Assembly (NCBI RefSeq): GCF_039654945.1
Contig: NW_027361767.1
Location: 10,168,001 to 10,232,000 of the forward strand
Length of the DNA: 64,000 nt
Direction of reading: 5' to 3'
From: Dendrobates tinctorius
Lineage: Eukaryota
Shown: positions 27,028-39,737 of the stretch, piece after piece
Layout of the letters: each line of letters begins with the position of its first letter
Numbering within the stretch: position 1 is the stretch's first letter
Position numbers and translations under genes: made by a program
Notes under the pieces: model-generated
Told to the model about the DNA's origin: nothing
Seen by the model: only the letters and a program-made list of their open reading frames with translations
The model's database searches: none

Positions 27028-29504
27028 TGTCATGCTTGCCATGTCTGTTATGTCCGCCATGTCTGTTTTGCCTCATGACCCTGGAGCGGTGTGCATGCGC
27101 ATCTCATGTCTGCTATCCTGCTTGTTCCCTAGAGCAGTGTGCACACTCACCTCATGTCTGCTGAGATGCAAGATGCCTGCGTTTCTGCTTTGCCTTCTGT
27201 GATCTTCTTGTCATGTCTAGAAACCTTGATCATGTGACGTTTCCTAAGATCCTGCACTGTCTGGTTCTGCAATCATCTCGTCATGTCTGAAACCCTGATC
27301 ATGTGTCTTTCCTAGGATCCTGCACTGTCTGGTTCTGCAATCATCTTGTCATGCCTGAAACCTTGATCATGTGACGTTTCCTAAGATCCTGCACTGTCTG
27401 GTTCTGTGATCATCTCATCATGTCTGAAACCCTGATCATGTGACTGCACTCTGTGATCCTGGAGCATCTGAACTAGGAAGTTCTCCCCTGGTCCTGACCC
27501 GGAAGAGGAGGTGCTATGCCCTATATTAGACCGCCCCTTCCTATGCTCAGGGCCTGAGTATTGTGTTGCTTCTCTGCATGGCTGTTTGGTCTGTGGGGTT
27601 GCACTCTGCTCTGTCGTGCGTCTCTGCACACGCTCCGTGCTTGTACTCCATCTCTTGTCCCGTGCCTTGTCTTATGTTTGTCCGTTGTGCCATGTTCATC
27701 CTTGTCCTGCTTGAACTTGTAGTCCTTCTGTTATTCTCTGCCTTGCCTCTTTTTGCCATGTCTTGCCTTCGCTATGCTCTGCCTTGTTCCTCCCTATGGT
27801 CTCTGTCTTTGCTTGCTCTGCCTCGCTCTCTCCTATGGTGCTCTGTAGTGCTCCCTGGCACACGCACCATCCCTCCTTTCTTTCCTTTCCTGCTCTTTTC
27901 CATGTCTAGTCCTAAGGCTCTGCCTTGGCCCGGCTCTGGGCTTCGGCCTATGCTCCGCTGCTAGACTCTTTCCTATTATGCTCTCTTGCACGTTTCTAGG
28001 CTAGTCCCAAGGTTCTCCCTTGGCCCGGCTCTGGGCTTCGGCCTACACTCCGCTGCTAGCTCTGTTCTTGCTCTGACCTGATCCCGTGTTTTTGCTTATG
28101 CTTCCGTCCCTGGTTCTGTACTCTGTTTAAGCTCTGCCTTGTTTCTCGTCTTGTCTTCCTTGCTCTGTTTCTTCGTGTGCCCTTTGCATGCGCCTGGCCT
28201 TCCTAGCCTCCTGTTTGTGCCTCAGCCGTGCCCGCCTGCTTGTGCCTCAGCCGTGCTCGTTGGTCAGTGACAGCTGTGTCACCTGCCATGCCTCAGTCGG
28301 GTTCGCTGGAGTCTTGCCCGTCTGTCAGTGCCGCAGCCCGATCAGCTAGCCAGTGCCCCAGCCGTGCCCTCTGTGCTCCCTTGCACTTCACGCTGTTTCC
28401 GCACTGTGCTCTGCGTGCTCTCTAAAGCACGTGCAGGCCCTCGCCTGCCCATGGCATACCTCCCCGTGCTTCTGTAAAAGTACGCGCAGGCTTTGCCATG
28501 TCCCCTGTCGTGCCCTCTTGCACGCACAGGCCCTAGCCCTGTCCTGGAACCCTGTCCCTGGCGTGCCTCTCTGCATGCGCAGGACTCTGCCTCGCCTGTC
28601 CCTGGCGTGCCTCTCTGCACACACAGGACTCTGCCTTGCCTGACCCTGGCGTGCTTCTCTGCACGCACAGGACTCTGCCTCGCCTGACCCTGGCGTGCCT
28701 CTTTGCACGTGCAGGACTCTGCTTTGTTACCTTGTGCCTTGACGTGTCTCTACACACACACTCTGTCTTGTACCTTGTGCCTTGGCGTGTCTTGAAACAC
28801 GCACTCTGTCTTGTGCCTTGGCGTGTCCCCTACACACGCACCTTGGCTTGCACCTAGCCTTGAACCCTGGCGTGTCCCCTACACACGCACATAGCCTTGG
28901 ACCTTGGCGTGCTCCCTAACACGCACCATGCCTGGATATCTGACGTGCCTCCTTGCCTGAACCCTGGTTTGCCTGCCGGATTCCCGGAACCTGCCGATCG
29001 CTGCCAGAGATCGTAAGCTGGATGACTGCGGCCTGATGTCCGGAGCTGATGTCCGCAGCCTGATGCCTTGATCATGTCGATCGTTGCCAGCGGTCCGGAG
29101 TCCGATGCCATTGTGCCTCTACCTGTACCTAGGTGTGCCACCTGGCATGTACCATGCTATGGACCTTGGTGTGCCCACGCATGCACTTTGCACGTTTTGC
29201 TTGTCTCACGTTTTTACACTGAATGTGATCCTGAAGATCTTAATGAAGATACCTTGCACTTACCTCTTGTCTTGTCTTGTTTCCTGCCTGTCCCTGGTCG
29301 TCAGACACTCCCACAGTGTCCCCCTGAGCCGGCCGTCTGGTCCCAGCAGTCGTGGTGGCTCACCCCCTTGGTCTTGCCCCTGACACTCCCTGTACAGGGG
29401 GTGGGTTCTCACTAGGTCAGCTCGCCCTAGGGGGGTGGGTGCCACGGCCCAGAGGGTCCACTCTAAAAAGGAAAATGGGCTCAGCAGAAGCCGAGTCCGT
29501 CACA
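27028..29504 (+). mobile_element. Long (2.48 kb) solo LTR D with internal tandem repeats
   Basis: TGTCA...GTCACA ends; 5-bp TSD CACAC (27023-27027 / 29505-29509); 3' motifs tccctgta.agggg and ccagagggtccactc shared with element B LTR. Confidence 0.8.
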
Positions 29505-29517
29505 CACACGTAGACCC

Positions 29518-30788
29518 ACTCTACAACCCACACAAGTGGCTCAGGTAGTGCAGCTCATCCAGGATGGCACATCAATGCGAGCTGTGGCAAGAAGGTTTGC
29601 TGAGTCTGTCAGTGTAGTGTCCAGAGGCTGGAGGTGCTCCCAGGAGACAGGCCAGTACACCAGTAGATGTAGAGGAGCCGTAGGAGGGCAACAACCCAGC
29701 AGCAGGACCGATACTTCAGCCTTTGTGCAAGGAGGAACAGGAGGAGCACTGCCAAAGCCCTGCAAAATGACCTCCAGCAGTCCACAAATGTGCATGTGTC
29801 TGCACGAACGGTTAGAAACCGACTCCATGAGGATGGTCTGAGTGCCCGACGCCCACAGATGGGATTGTGCTCACAACCCAACACCGTGCAGGACGCTTGA
29901 CATTTGCCACAGAACACCAGGATTGGCAAATTCGCCATTGGCGCCCTGTGCTCTTCACAAATGAAAGCAGGTTCACACTGAGCACATGTGACAGATGAGA
30001 CAGAGTCTGGAGATGCCGTAGAGAGTGATCTGCTGCCTGCAACATTCTTCAGAATAACCGGTTTGGCAGTGGGTCAGTAATGGTGTGGGGTGGCATTTAT
30101 TTGGAGGGCCGCACAGCCCTCCATGTGCTTGCCAGAGGTAACCTGACTGGCATTAGGTACCAAGATGAGATCCTCAGACCCCTTGTGAGACCACATGCTG
30201 GTGCGATTGGCTCTGGGTTCCTCGTAATGCAGGACAATGCCAGACCTCATGTGGCTGGAGTGTGTCAGCAGCTCCTGCAAGATGAAGGCATTGAAGCTAT
30301 GGACATGCCCGCCTGTTCCCCAGACATGAATCCGATTGAACACATCTGGGACATCATGTCTTGCACCATCCACCAACGTCACGTTGCACCACAGACTGTT
30401 CAGGAGTTGGCGGATGCCTTAGTCCAGGTCTGGGAGGAGACCTCTCAGGAGACCATCCTCTGTCTCATCAGAAGCATGCCCAGGCATTGTAGGGAGGTCA
30501 TACAGGCACATGGAGGCCACACACACTACTGAGCATCTTTTCCTTGCCTTGAGGCATTTCCACTGAAGTTGGATCAGCCAGTAATTTGATTTTTCACCTT
30601 GATTTTGAGTATCATTCCACATACAGATCTCCATGGGATGTTAATATTGGCTTACACTGATAATTTTTATGTTTTATTGTTCTCAACGAATTCCACTATG
30701 TAATGAATAAAGATTTGCAATTGGAATATTTCATTCAGCGATATCTAGGATGTGGTATTTTAGTGTTCCCTTTATTTTTTGAGCAGTG
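29518..30788 (+). mobile_element. 5'-truncated Tc1-family transposon (second family), degenerate transposase
   Basis: MVWGGI, QDNARPH, SPDMNPIE (34 aa spacing); right end ...TTTTTTGAGCAGTG followed by TA; no left TIR. Confidence 0.88.
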
Positions 30789-31589
30789 TATTTTCCTTTA
30801 TACCGTGCTGTGGAGCATGCTGGTATAACTGGGAATCTTGTATGAGTTATACATTGTCCTATGACAGGTGCACTCTAACGTGTTCCTATTAATATTAACA
30901 ATGGACTTTCCAATGTATTGTGACAAGATAGCCGCACAGGTGTTCCTATATGACCTTATATAATAAATCAAAAATGAGCCTTTTCTGTGTTGAGTATTTG
31001 TTATTTTCCTTTGGGTCCTGTATTTCTTTTCTTAGTTTGTATAGATTTTTTTTGTATAATTTCTTTAAAAAAATAATATAATGAATTAAAGAGAAGTATT
31101 GTTGTGGTGTATTCTCCCGCTATGAAATGGCAGACAATGAAGCAGATTTATGGAGTAGAAAAAACACTGTGTACTTGAATGAAAGTAGAAATGCGCCGGA
31201 AAAAATATCTATATGCTTTTAATAAAACCTAGTGCCAAGTGGGCACCAAAGAGTTGCAGCTGAGGATCAGGGCTACAATGTCTCCTGGCCCGTGCCAATC
31301 TGGGCAACCATACTCTACACTTGATTAGCTCAGAGTCATTTAAAGAAAAGAAAAAATCCCCTGCTCTCATAGTAAGGGAAGTAAACCTCACGCCAGGAAA
31401 TCCTTCCACTCCTGTGTGTCTCGTATATACATTTTATACAGTCATTTTTAAAGTTTTGCTCCCACAGTAACCAGAAAGAATCAGAGCAGAACTACCCTAC
31501 CTAACATACGACTTTCGTCATGCATGATACATCAAGTTGCCCAGCCATGAATATTACTAATGCATCTCTCTGTTATAATATGTACCTAG

Positions 31590-33818
31590 TGAGTATTATA
31601 GTAGCTATATTCTTGTACATAGGGGCAGTATTATAGTAGCTATATTCTTGTACATAGGGGGCAGTATTATAGTAGTTATATTCTTGTACATAGGGAGCAG
31701 TATTATAGTAGCTATATTCTTGTACATAGGGGGCAGTATTATAGTAGTTATATTCTTGTACATAGGGAGCAGTATTATATTAGTTATATTCTTGTATATA
31801 GGGAGCAGTATTATAGTAGTTATATTCTTGTATATAGGGAGCAGTATTATAGTAGTTATATTCTTGTACATAGGGGGCAGTATTATAGTAGTTATATTCT
31901 TGTACATAGGGGGCAGTATTATAGTAGTTATATTCTTGTACATAGGGGGCAGTATTATAGTAGGTATATTCTTGTACATAGGGAGCAGTATTATAGTAGT
32001 TATATTCTTGTACATAGGGGCAGTATTATAGTAGTTATATTCTTGTACATAGGGGCAGTATTATAGTAGTTATATTCTTGTACATAGGGAGCAGTATTAT
32101 AGTAGCTATATTCTTGTACATAGGGGGCAGTATTATAGTAGTTATATTCTTGTACATAGGGAGCAGTATTATAGTAGTTATATTCTTGTATATAGGGAGC
32201 AGTATTATAGTAGTTATATTCTTGTATATAGGGAGCAGTATTATAGTAGTTATATTCTTGTACATAGGGGGCAGTATTATAGTAGTTATATTCTTGTACA
32301 TAGGGGGCAGTATTATAGTAGTTATATTCTTGTACATAGGGGGCAGTATTATAGTAGGTATATTCTTGTACATAGGGAGCAGTATTATAGTAGTTATATT
32401 CTTGTACATAGGGGCAGTATTATAGTAGTTATATTCTTGTACATAGGGGCAGTATTATAGTAGTTATATTCTTGTACATAGGGGCAGTATTATACTAGTT
32501 ATATTCTTGTACATAGGGGGCAGTATTATAGTAGTTATATTCTTGTACATAGGGAGCAGTATTATAGTAGTTATATTCTTGTACATAGGGAGCAGTATTA
32601 TAGTAGTTATATTCTTGAACATAGGGGGCAGTATTATAAATTATAGTTGTTATATTCTTGTACATAGGGAGCAGTATTATAGTAGTTATATTCTTGTACA
32701 TAGGGGCAGTATTATAGTAGTTATATTCTTGTACATAGAGGCAGTATTATAGTAGTTATATTCTTGTACATTGGAGCAGTATTATAGTAGTTATATTCTT
32801 GTACATAGGGGCAGTATTATAGTAGTTATATTCTTGTACATTGGAGCAGTATTATAGCAGCTTTATTCTTGTACATAAGGGCAGTATTATAGTAGTTATA
32901 TTCTTGTACATAGGGAGCAGTATTATAGTAGATATATTCTTGTACATAGGGAGCAGTATTATAGCAGTTATATTCTTGTACATAGGAGAAGTATTATAGT
33001 AGCTTTATTCTTGTACATAGGGGGCAGTATTATAGTAGGTATATTCTTGTACATAGGAGAAGTATTATAGTAGTTATATTCTTGTATACAGGGAGAAGTA
33101 CTGTAGTAGCTATATTCTTGTACATAGAGCCAGTATTATAGTAGTTATATTCTTGTACATAGGGGCAGTATTATACTAGTTATATTCTTGTATATAGGGG
33201 CAGTATTATAGTAGCTATATTCTTGTACATAGGGAGCAGTATTATAGTAGTTATATTCTTGTATATAGGGGGCAGTATTATAGTAGTTATATTCTTGCAC
33301 ATATTGGCAGTATTATAGTAGTTATAGTCTTGTATATAGGAGGAAGAATTATAGTAGGTATATTATTGTACATAGGGAGCAGTATTAAAGTATGTATATT
33401 CTTGTACATAGGGGCAGTTTTATAGTAGTTATATTCTTGTACATAGGGAACAGTATTATAGTAGTTATATTCTTGTATATAGGGGGCAGTATTATAGTAG
33501 TTATATTCTTGTACATAGGAGGCAGAATTATAGTAGGTATATTCTTGTACATAGGGAGCACTATTAAAGTATGTGTATTCTTGTACATAGGGAGCAGTAT
33601 TATTGTAGTTATATTCTTGTACATAGGAGCAGTGTTAAAGTAGTTATATACTTGTACATAGTGGCAGTATTATAGTAGTTATAGTCTTGTACATAGGGGC
33701 AGTATTATAGTAGTTATATTCTTGTACATAGGGGCAGTGTTATAGTAGTTATATTCTTGTACATAGGAGCAGTATTATAGTAGTTATATTCTTGTATATA
33801 GGGGGCAGTATTATAGTA

Positions 33819-33822
<4 letters not shown>
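31590..33822 (+). repeat. 35-36 bp minisatellite, array 3
   Basis: About 60 highly homogeneous units; interrupted by L2, resumes 37916-38445. Confidence 0.97.
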
Positions 33823-33860
<38 letters not shown>

Positions 33861-36800
33861 TATTGTTATAGCGCCATTTATTCCATGGCGCTTTACATGT
33901 GAGGAGGGGTATACATAAAAACAAGTACAATAATCTTAAACAATACAAGTCATAACTGGTACAGGAGGAGAGAGGACCCTGCCCGCGAGGGCTCACAATC
34001 TTCAAGGGATGGGTGATAATACAGTAGGCGAGGGTAGAGCTGGTCGTGCAGCGGTTTGGTCGATCGGTGGTTACTGCAGGTTATAGGCTTGTCGGAAGAG
34101 GTGGGTCTTCAGGCTCTTTTTGAAGGTTTCGATGGTAGGTGAGAGTCTGATATGTTGTGGTAGAGAGTTCCAGAGTAGGGGTGATGCGCGAGAGAAATCT
34201 TGTATGCGATTGTGGGAAGAGGAGATAAGAGGGGAGTAAAGAAGGAGATCTTGTGAGGATCGGAGGTTGCGTGCAGGAAAGTACCGGGAGACGAGGTCAC
34301 AGATGTATGGAGGAGACAGGTTGTGGATTGCTTTGTATGTCATGTTTAGGGTTTTGTAATGGAGTCTCTGGGCAATTGGGAGCCAGTGAAGGGATTGACA
34401 GAGGGGAGAAGCTGGGGAATAGCGGGGGGACAGGTGGATTAGTCGGGCAGCAGAGTTTAGAATAGATTGGAGGGGTGCGAGAGTGTTTGAGGGGAGGCCA
34501 CAGAGCATGAGGTTGCAGTAGTCAAGGCGAGAGATGATGAGGGCATGGACTAGGGTTTTTGCAGATTCTTGGGTGAGGAATGAACGGATGCGTGAAATAT
34601 TTTTGAGTTGAAGTCGGCAGGAAGTGGAAAGGGTTTGGATATGTGGTTTGAAGGAGAGATCAGCGTCAAGGATTACTCCGAGGCAGCGAGCTTGTGGGAC
34701 TGGGGAGAGTGGGCAGTCACTTACTGTAATTGATAGGTTCGTAGGGGGGGTCACGTGAGATGGGGGAAAGATGATGAATTCTGTTTTGTCCATGTTGAGT
34801 TTCAGATATCTAGTGGAGAAGAAGGATGAAATAGTGGACAGACATTGAGGGATTCTGGTTAGTAGGGAGGTGATATCTGGTCCCGAGATGTAGATCTGTG
34901 TGTCATCAGCATAAAGATGATACTGAAAGCCATGAGATTCTATGAGCTGTCCCAGGCCAAAGGTGTAAATAGAGAACAGCAGGGGCCCAAGGACTGAACC
35001 TTGTGGGACTCCGACAGATAGGGGGCGAGGTGAGGAGGTGGTGTGTGAGTGGGAGACGCTGAATGTCCGGTCTGTTAGGTATGATGAGATCCAGGATAGG
35101 GCCAAGTCTGTGATGCCGAGGGATGAGAGGGTCTGTAATAATAGGGAATGGTCCACTGTGTCAAAGGCAGCCGACAGGTCCAGGAGGAGGAGGACAGAGT
35201 AGTGTCGCTTGCTCTTGGCAGTTAAGAGGTCATTGGTGACCTTAGTAAGGGCAGTTTCAGTGGAGTGGTGTGACCGGAAGCCAGATTGTAAGCGGTCGAA
35301 GAGGGAGCAAGAAGAGAGATGGGAGGACAGTTCAAGGTAGACGTGTTGTTCCAGTAGCTTGGAGGCGTATGGGAGAAGTGATATAGGGCGATAGCTAGAT
35401 ACAGAGGATGGGTCAAGAGAGGGCTTTTTGAGGATAGGTGTGATGGAGGCATGTTTAAAGCTTGAGGGGAAAACACCAGTTGTTAGTGACAGGTTGAAGA
35501 GATGGGTTAGGGTTGGGATGAAGACTGTGGTGAGGTTTGGGATGAAGTGGGATGGGATCGGGTCGAGTGCACAGGTTGTGAGATGTGATCTTGAGAGTAG
35601 AGTGGAGAGTCGATCTTCTGTAATGGTGGAGAAGTTGGTTTTGAAGGTGGAGGGCTGGGAAGTCGGGAGGAAGGGCTCTGGGGGTTGTTGACCAAAACTG
35701 TCCCTGATGTTATCAATTTTCTGCTTGAAAAATGAGGCAAAGTCTTCAGCTGAGATGAGTGGGGAGGGAGGAGGTGCTGGGGGGCGGAGGAGAGAATTGA
35801 AGGTGTTGAATAACTGTTTAGGGTTGTGAGACAGGGAGGATATGAGAGATGAGAAGTAGGTTTGTTTAGCTGTGGCGAGTGTGGTCTTGAAAGTAGTGAG
35901 GGACTGTTTGAATGCGATGAAGTGCTTGTTGGAGTGGGATCTTTTCCATCTGCGCTCAGCAGCCCTGGAAGCTCGCCTCAGCTCTTTGGTCAGGCTGGTG
36001 TGCCAGGGCTGTCTGTTGATTTTGCGAGTTTTGGTATGTGTAAGTGGGGCAGCGGATTCCAAAGCTACAGCTATTGTGGTGTTATATAGAGCGGCAGCGT
36101 CATCCGCATTGTGTAAGGAACTTATATCTGTAAGAGGGAGGAGGGATTCAGAGAATGAGTGTAGGTCAAGGTGTTTAAGATTCCTGCGAGGGTGTGAAAG
36201 TTTGTGGGGTGGGGATTGTAGACATGGAGTGAAGAGGGAAGAGAATGTGAGCAGGTTGTGGTCAGAGAGAGGAAGAGGTGAGTTAGAGAGGTTAGATAGG
36301 GAGCAGAGGCGGGTGAAGATGAGGTCCAGTGTGTGGCCATCTTTGTGGGTGGCTGTAGAAGACCATTGAGTGAGGCCGAAGGAGGAAGTGAGAGATAGAA
36401 GTTTAGTGGCAGCTGAGAGGGAAGTGTCGATGGGGATGTTGAAGTCGCCCATGATGATAGTAGGGATGTCCGCGGAAAGGAAATGAAGTAACCAGGTGGT
36501 GAAGTGGTCAAAGAAGGTGGTGGCTGGCCCTGGGGGGCGGTAGATGACAGCCAGTTGGAGGTTGGAGGGGGAGTAGATGCGCACAGAGTGCACCTCAAAG
36601 GAAGGGAGGGTAACAGAGGGTGGCAGTGGGATTGGGGTGAAGGAGCAGGTATCTGACAGGAGAAAACCAACTCCTCCACCATGTTTGCTGCTGGGGCGGG
36701 GGGTGTGAGAAAGGTGGAAGCCGCCATACGAAAGTGCAGCAGGAGAGGCTGTGTCAGAAGGGGTGAGCCAGGTTTCGGTGATGGCGAGGAAGGAGAGTTT

Positions 36801-37915
36801 GGTAGTAACAAAAAGATCATGGATGTAGGAAAGCTTGTTGCAGACAGAGCGAGCGTTCCACAGAGCTCCTGTTAGTGGGACTGGGGAAGCAGGGGCTGGG
36901 TGAATGGGTATAAGGTTGGAGAGGTTACGGAAGGTTGTGATAGAGTGTGGATGAGAGGTAGAAATGACTGTGGGAATGTGGTGAGGAGGACCAGGATTTG
37001 GGGAGATATCGCCAGCAGTGAGAAGGAGCAGAGAAAGTGTTAGCAGGTGGGAGCAGGAGAGGGCATGAGGGGGCTGTCTGTGTTTGGAGACAGAGGATTG
37101 TATGTTAAGGAACAGTTTTGAGGCGGAGGTGAGGTGGATGGGGAGGATTGAAGAAGAGATGAACAGTTCCTTACTAGGAGTAGGGATTAGGGGAATTAGC
37201 AGAAAGTGAAGGATTATTGGGGTGAAAGTGAAAACAAACAGAAACATTGTTTACAGTGACTGTGTCCAGTTACCTTCAGTTCCCTTCTGGTTCAATTCTG
37301 GTTTTAATTCTTAAATTAATCTTCACACTTCTAGCACACACTTATAGCAATCACAATGCAGACTGAAGTCTATACAGACTTGTGCTCTGCAATATATGTA
37401 CAACTAAGTGCAGTCAGGTGTGAAGCAGAGAGGAGTGGTCTCTGCTCATTTTGGTCAGACAATTAAGAGTGGACCAGATGTATATGATCAATCCAGAGTA
37501 AACAAGGTCATAAATAAAACTGGGGTAAGCTGGGGTTAGCTGAAAGGCATACCATGTGAATGCTAGGTGCAGAGGCAAGTCTATGTGCAAAGCTGGGTGA
37601 TGCACTGTGTGTCCTTCATAGACAGACAGCAGGAGAGCAGGAGAGCTGGGTGGATGGACATACCATGTGAATGCTAGGTGCAGAGGCAAGTCTATGTGCA
37701 AAGCTGGGTGATGCACTGTGTGTCCTTCATAGACAGACAGCAGGAGAGCAGGAGAGCTGGGTGGATGGACATACCTGTCGGAAGAATAGAGATGCTTGTT
37801 AGAGTGCGATGGTGGCAGGTAGCAGGGCACAGTCTGTATACATCCTTCTGGTTTTAATTCTTAAATTAATCTTCACACTTCTAGCACACACTTATAGCAA
37901 TCACAATGCAGACTG
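33823..37915 (-). mobile_element. L2-clade LINE, apparently young
   Basis: (TAA)n tail 33823-33860; 3' stem-loop GCGCCAT-GGAATAA-ATGGCGC; intact ORF; probable TSD TAGTAGTTAT (ambiguous inside the satellite). Confidence 0.92.
34071..37247 (-). CDS. L2 ORF2p: 2A-like leader + APE endonuclease + reverse transcriptase, intact 1058 aa
   Basis: WNARS, AITETW, IYRPP, GDFN, SDHN (APE); [27 protein letters not shown] (RT). Confidence 0.96.
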   Translation of the reverse strand: MFLFVFTFTPIILHFLLIPLIPTPSKELFISSSILPIHLTSASKLFLNIQSSVSKHRQPPHALSCSHLLTLSLLLLTAGDISPNPGPPHHIPTVISTSHPHSITTFRNLSNLIPIHPAPASPVPLTGALWNARSVCNKLSYIHDLFVTTKLSFLAITETWLTPSDTASPAALSYGGFHLSHTPRPSSKHGGGVGFLLSDTCSFTPIPLPPSVTLPSFEVHSVRIYSPSNLQLAVIYRPPGPATTFFDHFTTWLLHFLSADIPTIIMGDFNIPIDTSLSAATKLLSLTSSFGLTQWSSTATHKDGHTLDLIFTRLCSLSNLSNSPLPLSDHNLLTFSSLFTPCLQSPPHKLSHPRRNLKHLDLHSFSESLLPLTDISSLHNADDAAALYNTTIAVALESAAPLTHTKTRKINRQPWHTSLTKELRRASRAAERRWKRSHSNKHFIAFKQSLTTFKTTLATAKQTYFSSLISSLSHNPKQLFNTFNSLLRPPAPPPSPLISAEDFASFFKQKIDNIRDSFGQQPPEPFLPTSQPSTFKTNFSTITEDRLSTLLSRSHLTTCALDPIPSHFIPNLTTVFIPTLTHLFNLSLTTGVFPSSFKHASITPILKKPSLDPSSVSSYRPISLLPYASKLLEQHVYLELSSHLSSCSLFDRLQSGFRSHHSTETALTKVTNDLLTAKSKRHYSVLLLLDLSAAFDTVDHSLLLQTLSSLGITDLALSWISSYLTDRTFSVSHSHTTSSPRPLSVGVPQGSVLGPLLFSIYTFGLGQLIESHGFQYHLYADDTQIYISGPDITSLLTRIPQCLSTISSFFSTRYLKLNMDKTEFIIFPPSHVTPPTNLSITVSDCPLSPVPQARCLGVILDADLSFKPHIQTLSTSCRLQLKNISRIRSFLTQESAKTLVHALIISRLDYCNLMLCGLPSNTLAPLQSILNSAARLIHLSPRYSPASPLCQSLHWLPIAQRLHYKTLNMTYKAIHNLSPPYICDLVSRYFPARNLRSSQDLLLYSPLISSSHNRIQDFSRASPLLWNSLPQHIRLSPTIETFKKSLKTHLFRQAYNLQ

Positions 37916-38445
37916 TAGTAGTTATAGTCTTGTATATAGGGAGCAGTATTATAGTAGTTATAGTCTTGTATATAGGGAGCAGTATTATAGTAGTTATATT
38001 CTTGTACATAGGGGCAGAATTATAGTAGTTATAGTCTTGTACATAGGGGTCAGCATTATAGTAGTTATATTCTTGTACATAGGGGCAGTATTATAGTAGT
38101 TATATTCTTGTACATAGGAGCAGTATTATAGTAGTTATATTCTTGCATATAGGGGCAGTATTATAGTAGTTATATTCTTGTACATAGGGGGCAGTATTAT
38201 AGTAGTTATATTCTTGTACATAGGAGCAGTATTATAGTAGTTATATTCTTGCATATAGGAGCAGTATTATAGTAGTTATAGTCTTGCATATATGGAGCAG
38301 TATTATAGTAGTTATAGTCTTTTATGTAGGGAGCAGTATTAAAGTAGTTATATTCTTATACATAGGGGGCAGTATTATAGTAGTTATAGTCTTGTACATA
38401 AGAGCAGTATTATAGTAGTTATATTCTTGTATACAGGGAGCTGTG
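37916..38445 (+). repeat. 35-36 bp minisatellite, continuation of array 3
   Basis: Same unit. Confidence 0.95.
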
Positions 38446-39116
38446 GTTATTGTGATAGGACCTGTGGTATCTTCAGCAACGAAAACCAGGCCTTGGACTG
38501 GAGATTTTCTGATAGACATTTGTATAAATTAAGTTGTTGGAAAGATTTAAGAATTGGTCTCGGGCGCCAGTGTAACAAAACTCCAGCTCTTCAGATCCAG
38601 GCGTCTCCAACTTTTACTTGGATTGTTTAGTCCTGCTTTCACTTTTAAAATCCTCTCAGAAAACAGAAGTTCTGAGAGGAGAGAAAAGATATGGGATGGA
38701 TGTAGGGGAGGAAATCTACCAGTAATAATTAATCGTGAAACTCCTATGTATGTGTCTAAGTTTCCAGAATTCTCAATGTTTTGTTGCATCCGCACCAGAA
38801 TGAGGAAAATCTCTATAGTACCTGGATGGGATCTTACCTGTGCATATCACTACAGGACTAGGTGTCTCGTGCCTCCAGGTCCAACCACGCCCTCATTATA
38901 CCATGTACGCAAGAAGGTGTTGGCGGGCTTATACAGGGCGGGATTATACAGGGCAGCATTATACAGGGCGGGGTTATACAAGACTCAGCATCCCGATCTC
39001 TTCTAGATCTGCAGCAGAGAAAACTGTGACTTATCACAATTGCTGCAAGCAGTAAACTAAGGGATACATCGCTGGAATCAGAGTCTATGCCCCTACATAA
39101 TGCTACTATCATACTA

Positions 39117-39705
39117 AATGCCGACATGTTTCACTGTTGGGATTGTATTGGGCAGATGATGAGCAGTGCCTGATTTTCTCCACACATACCGCTTAGAATT
39201 ATCACCAAAATATTCTATCTTCATCTCATCAGACCAGAGAATCTTATTTCTCATAGTCTGGGAGTCCTTTGTGTGTTTTTTAGTAAATATTCTGGCTTTC
39301 ATATGTCTGGCACTGAGGAGAGACTTCCGTCGGGCCACTCTGCTATAAAGACACGACTGGTGGAGGGCTGTAGTGATAGTTGACTTTGTGGAACTTTCTC
39401 CCATCTCCCTACTGCATCTGTGGAGCTCAGCCACAGTGATCTTGGGGTTCTCCTTTACCTCTCTCACCAAGGCTCTTCTCCCACGATTGCTCAGTTTGGC
39501 TGGACGGCCAGGTCTAGGAAGACTTTACAAATCAATTCCTATCAGTTTAATTAAGCACAGCTGGACTCCAATGAAGGAGTAGAACCATCTCAAGGGGAAT
39601 GACAAGGAAATGGACAGCATATGACTTAAATATGAGTCTGAGCAAAGGGTCTGAATACTTATGACCATGTGATATTTCAGTTTTACTTTTCTTAATAAAT
39701 TTGCT
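39117..39705 (-). mobile_element. Tc1 transposase remnant (third family)
   Basis: VREVKENPKITVAEL...ILWSDEMKIE.FG...PTVKH; truncated on both sides. Confidence 0.82.
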
Positions 39706-39737
39706 CTTTGATGCCTCCGTCTGCTCTCTTTAGCCTG

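Noticed and set aside
31605-33643. MYKNITTIILPP / YIGGSIIVVIFL repeat ORFs
   Set aside because: Translations of the 36-bp satellite unit.
31590-33822. CRISPR-like 35-36 bp repeats
   Set aside because: Units are head-to-tail with no unique spacers; eukaryotic context and no cas genes.
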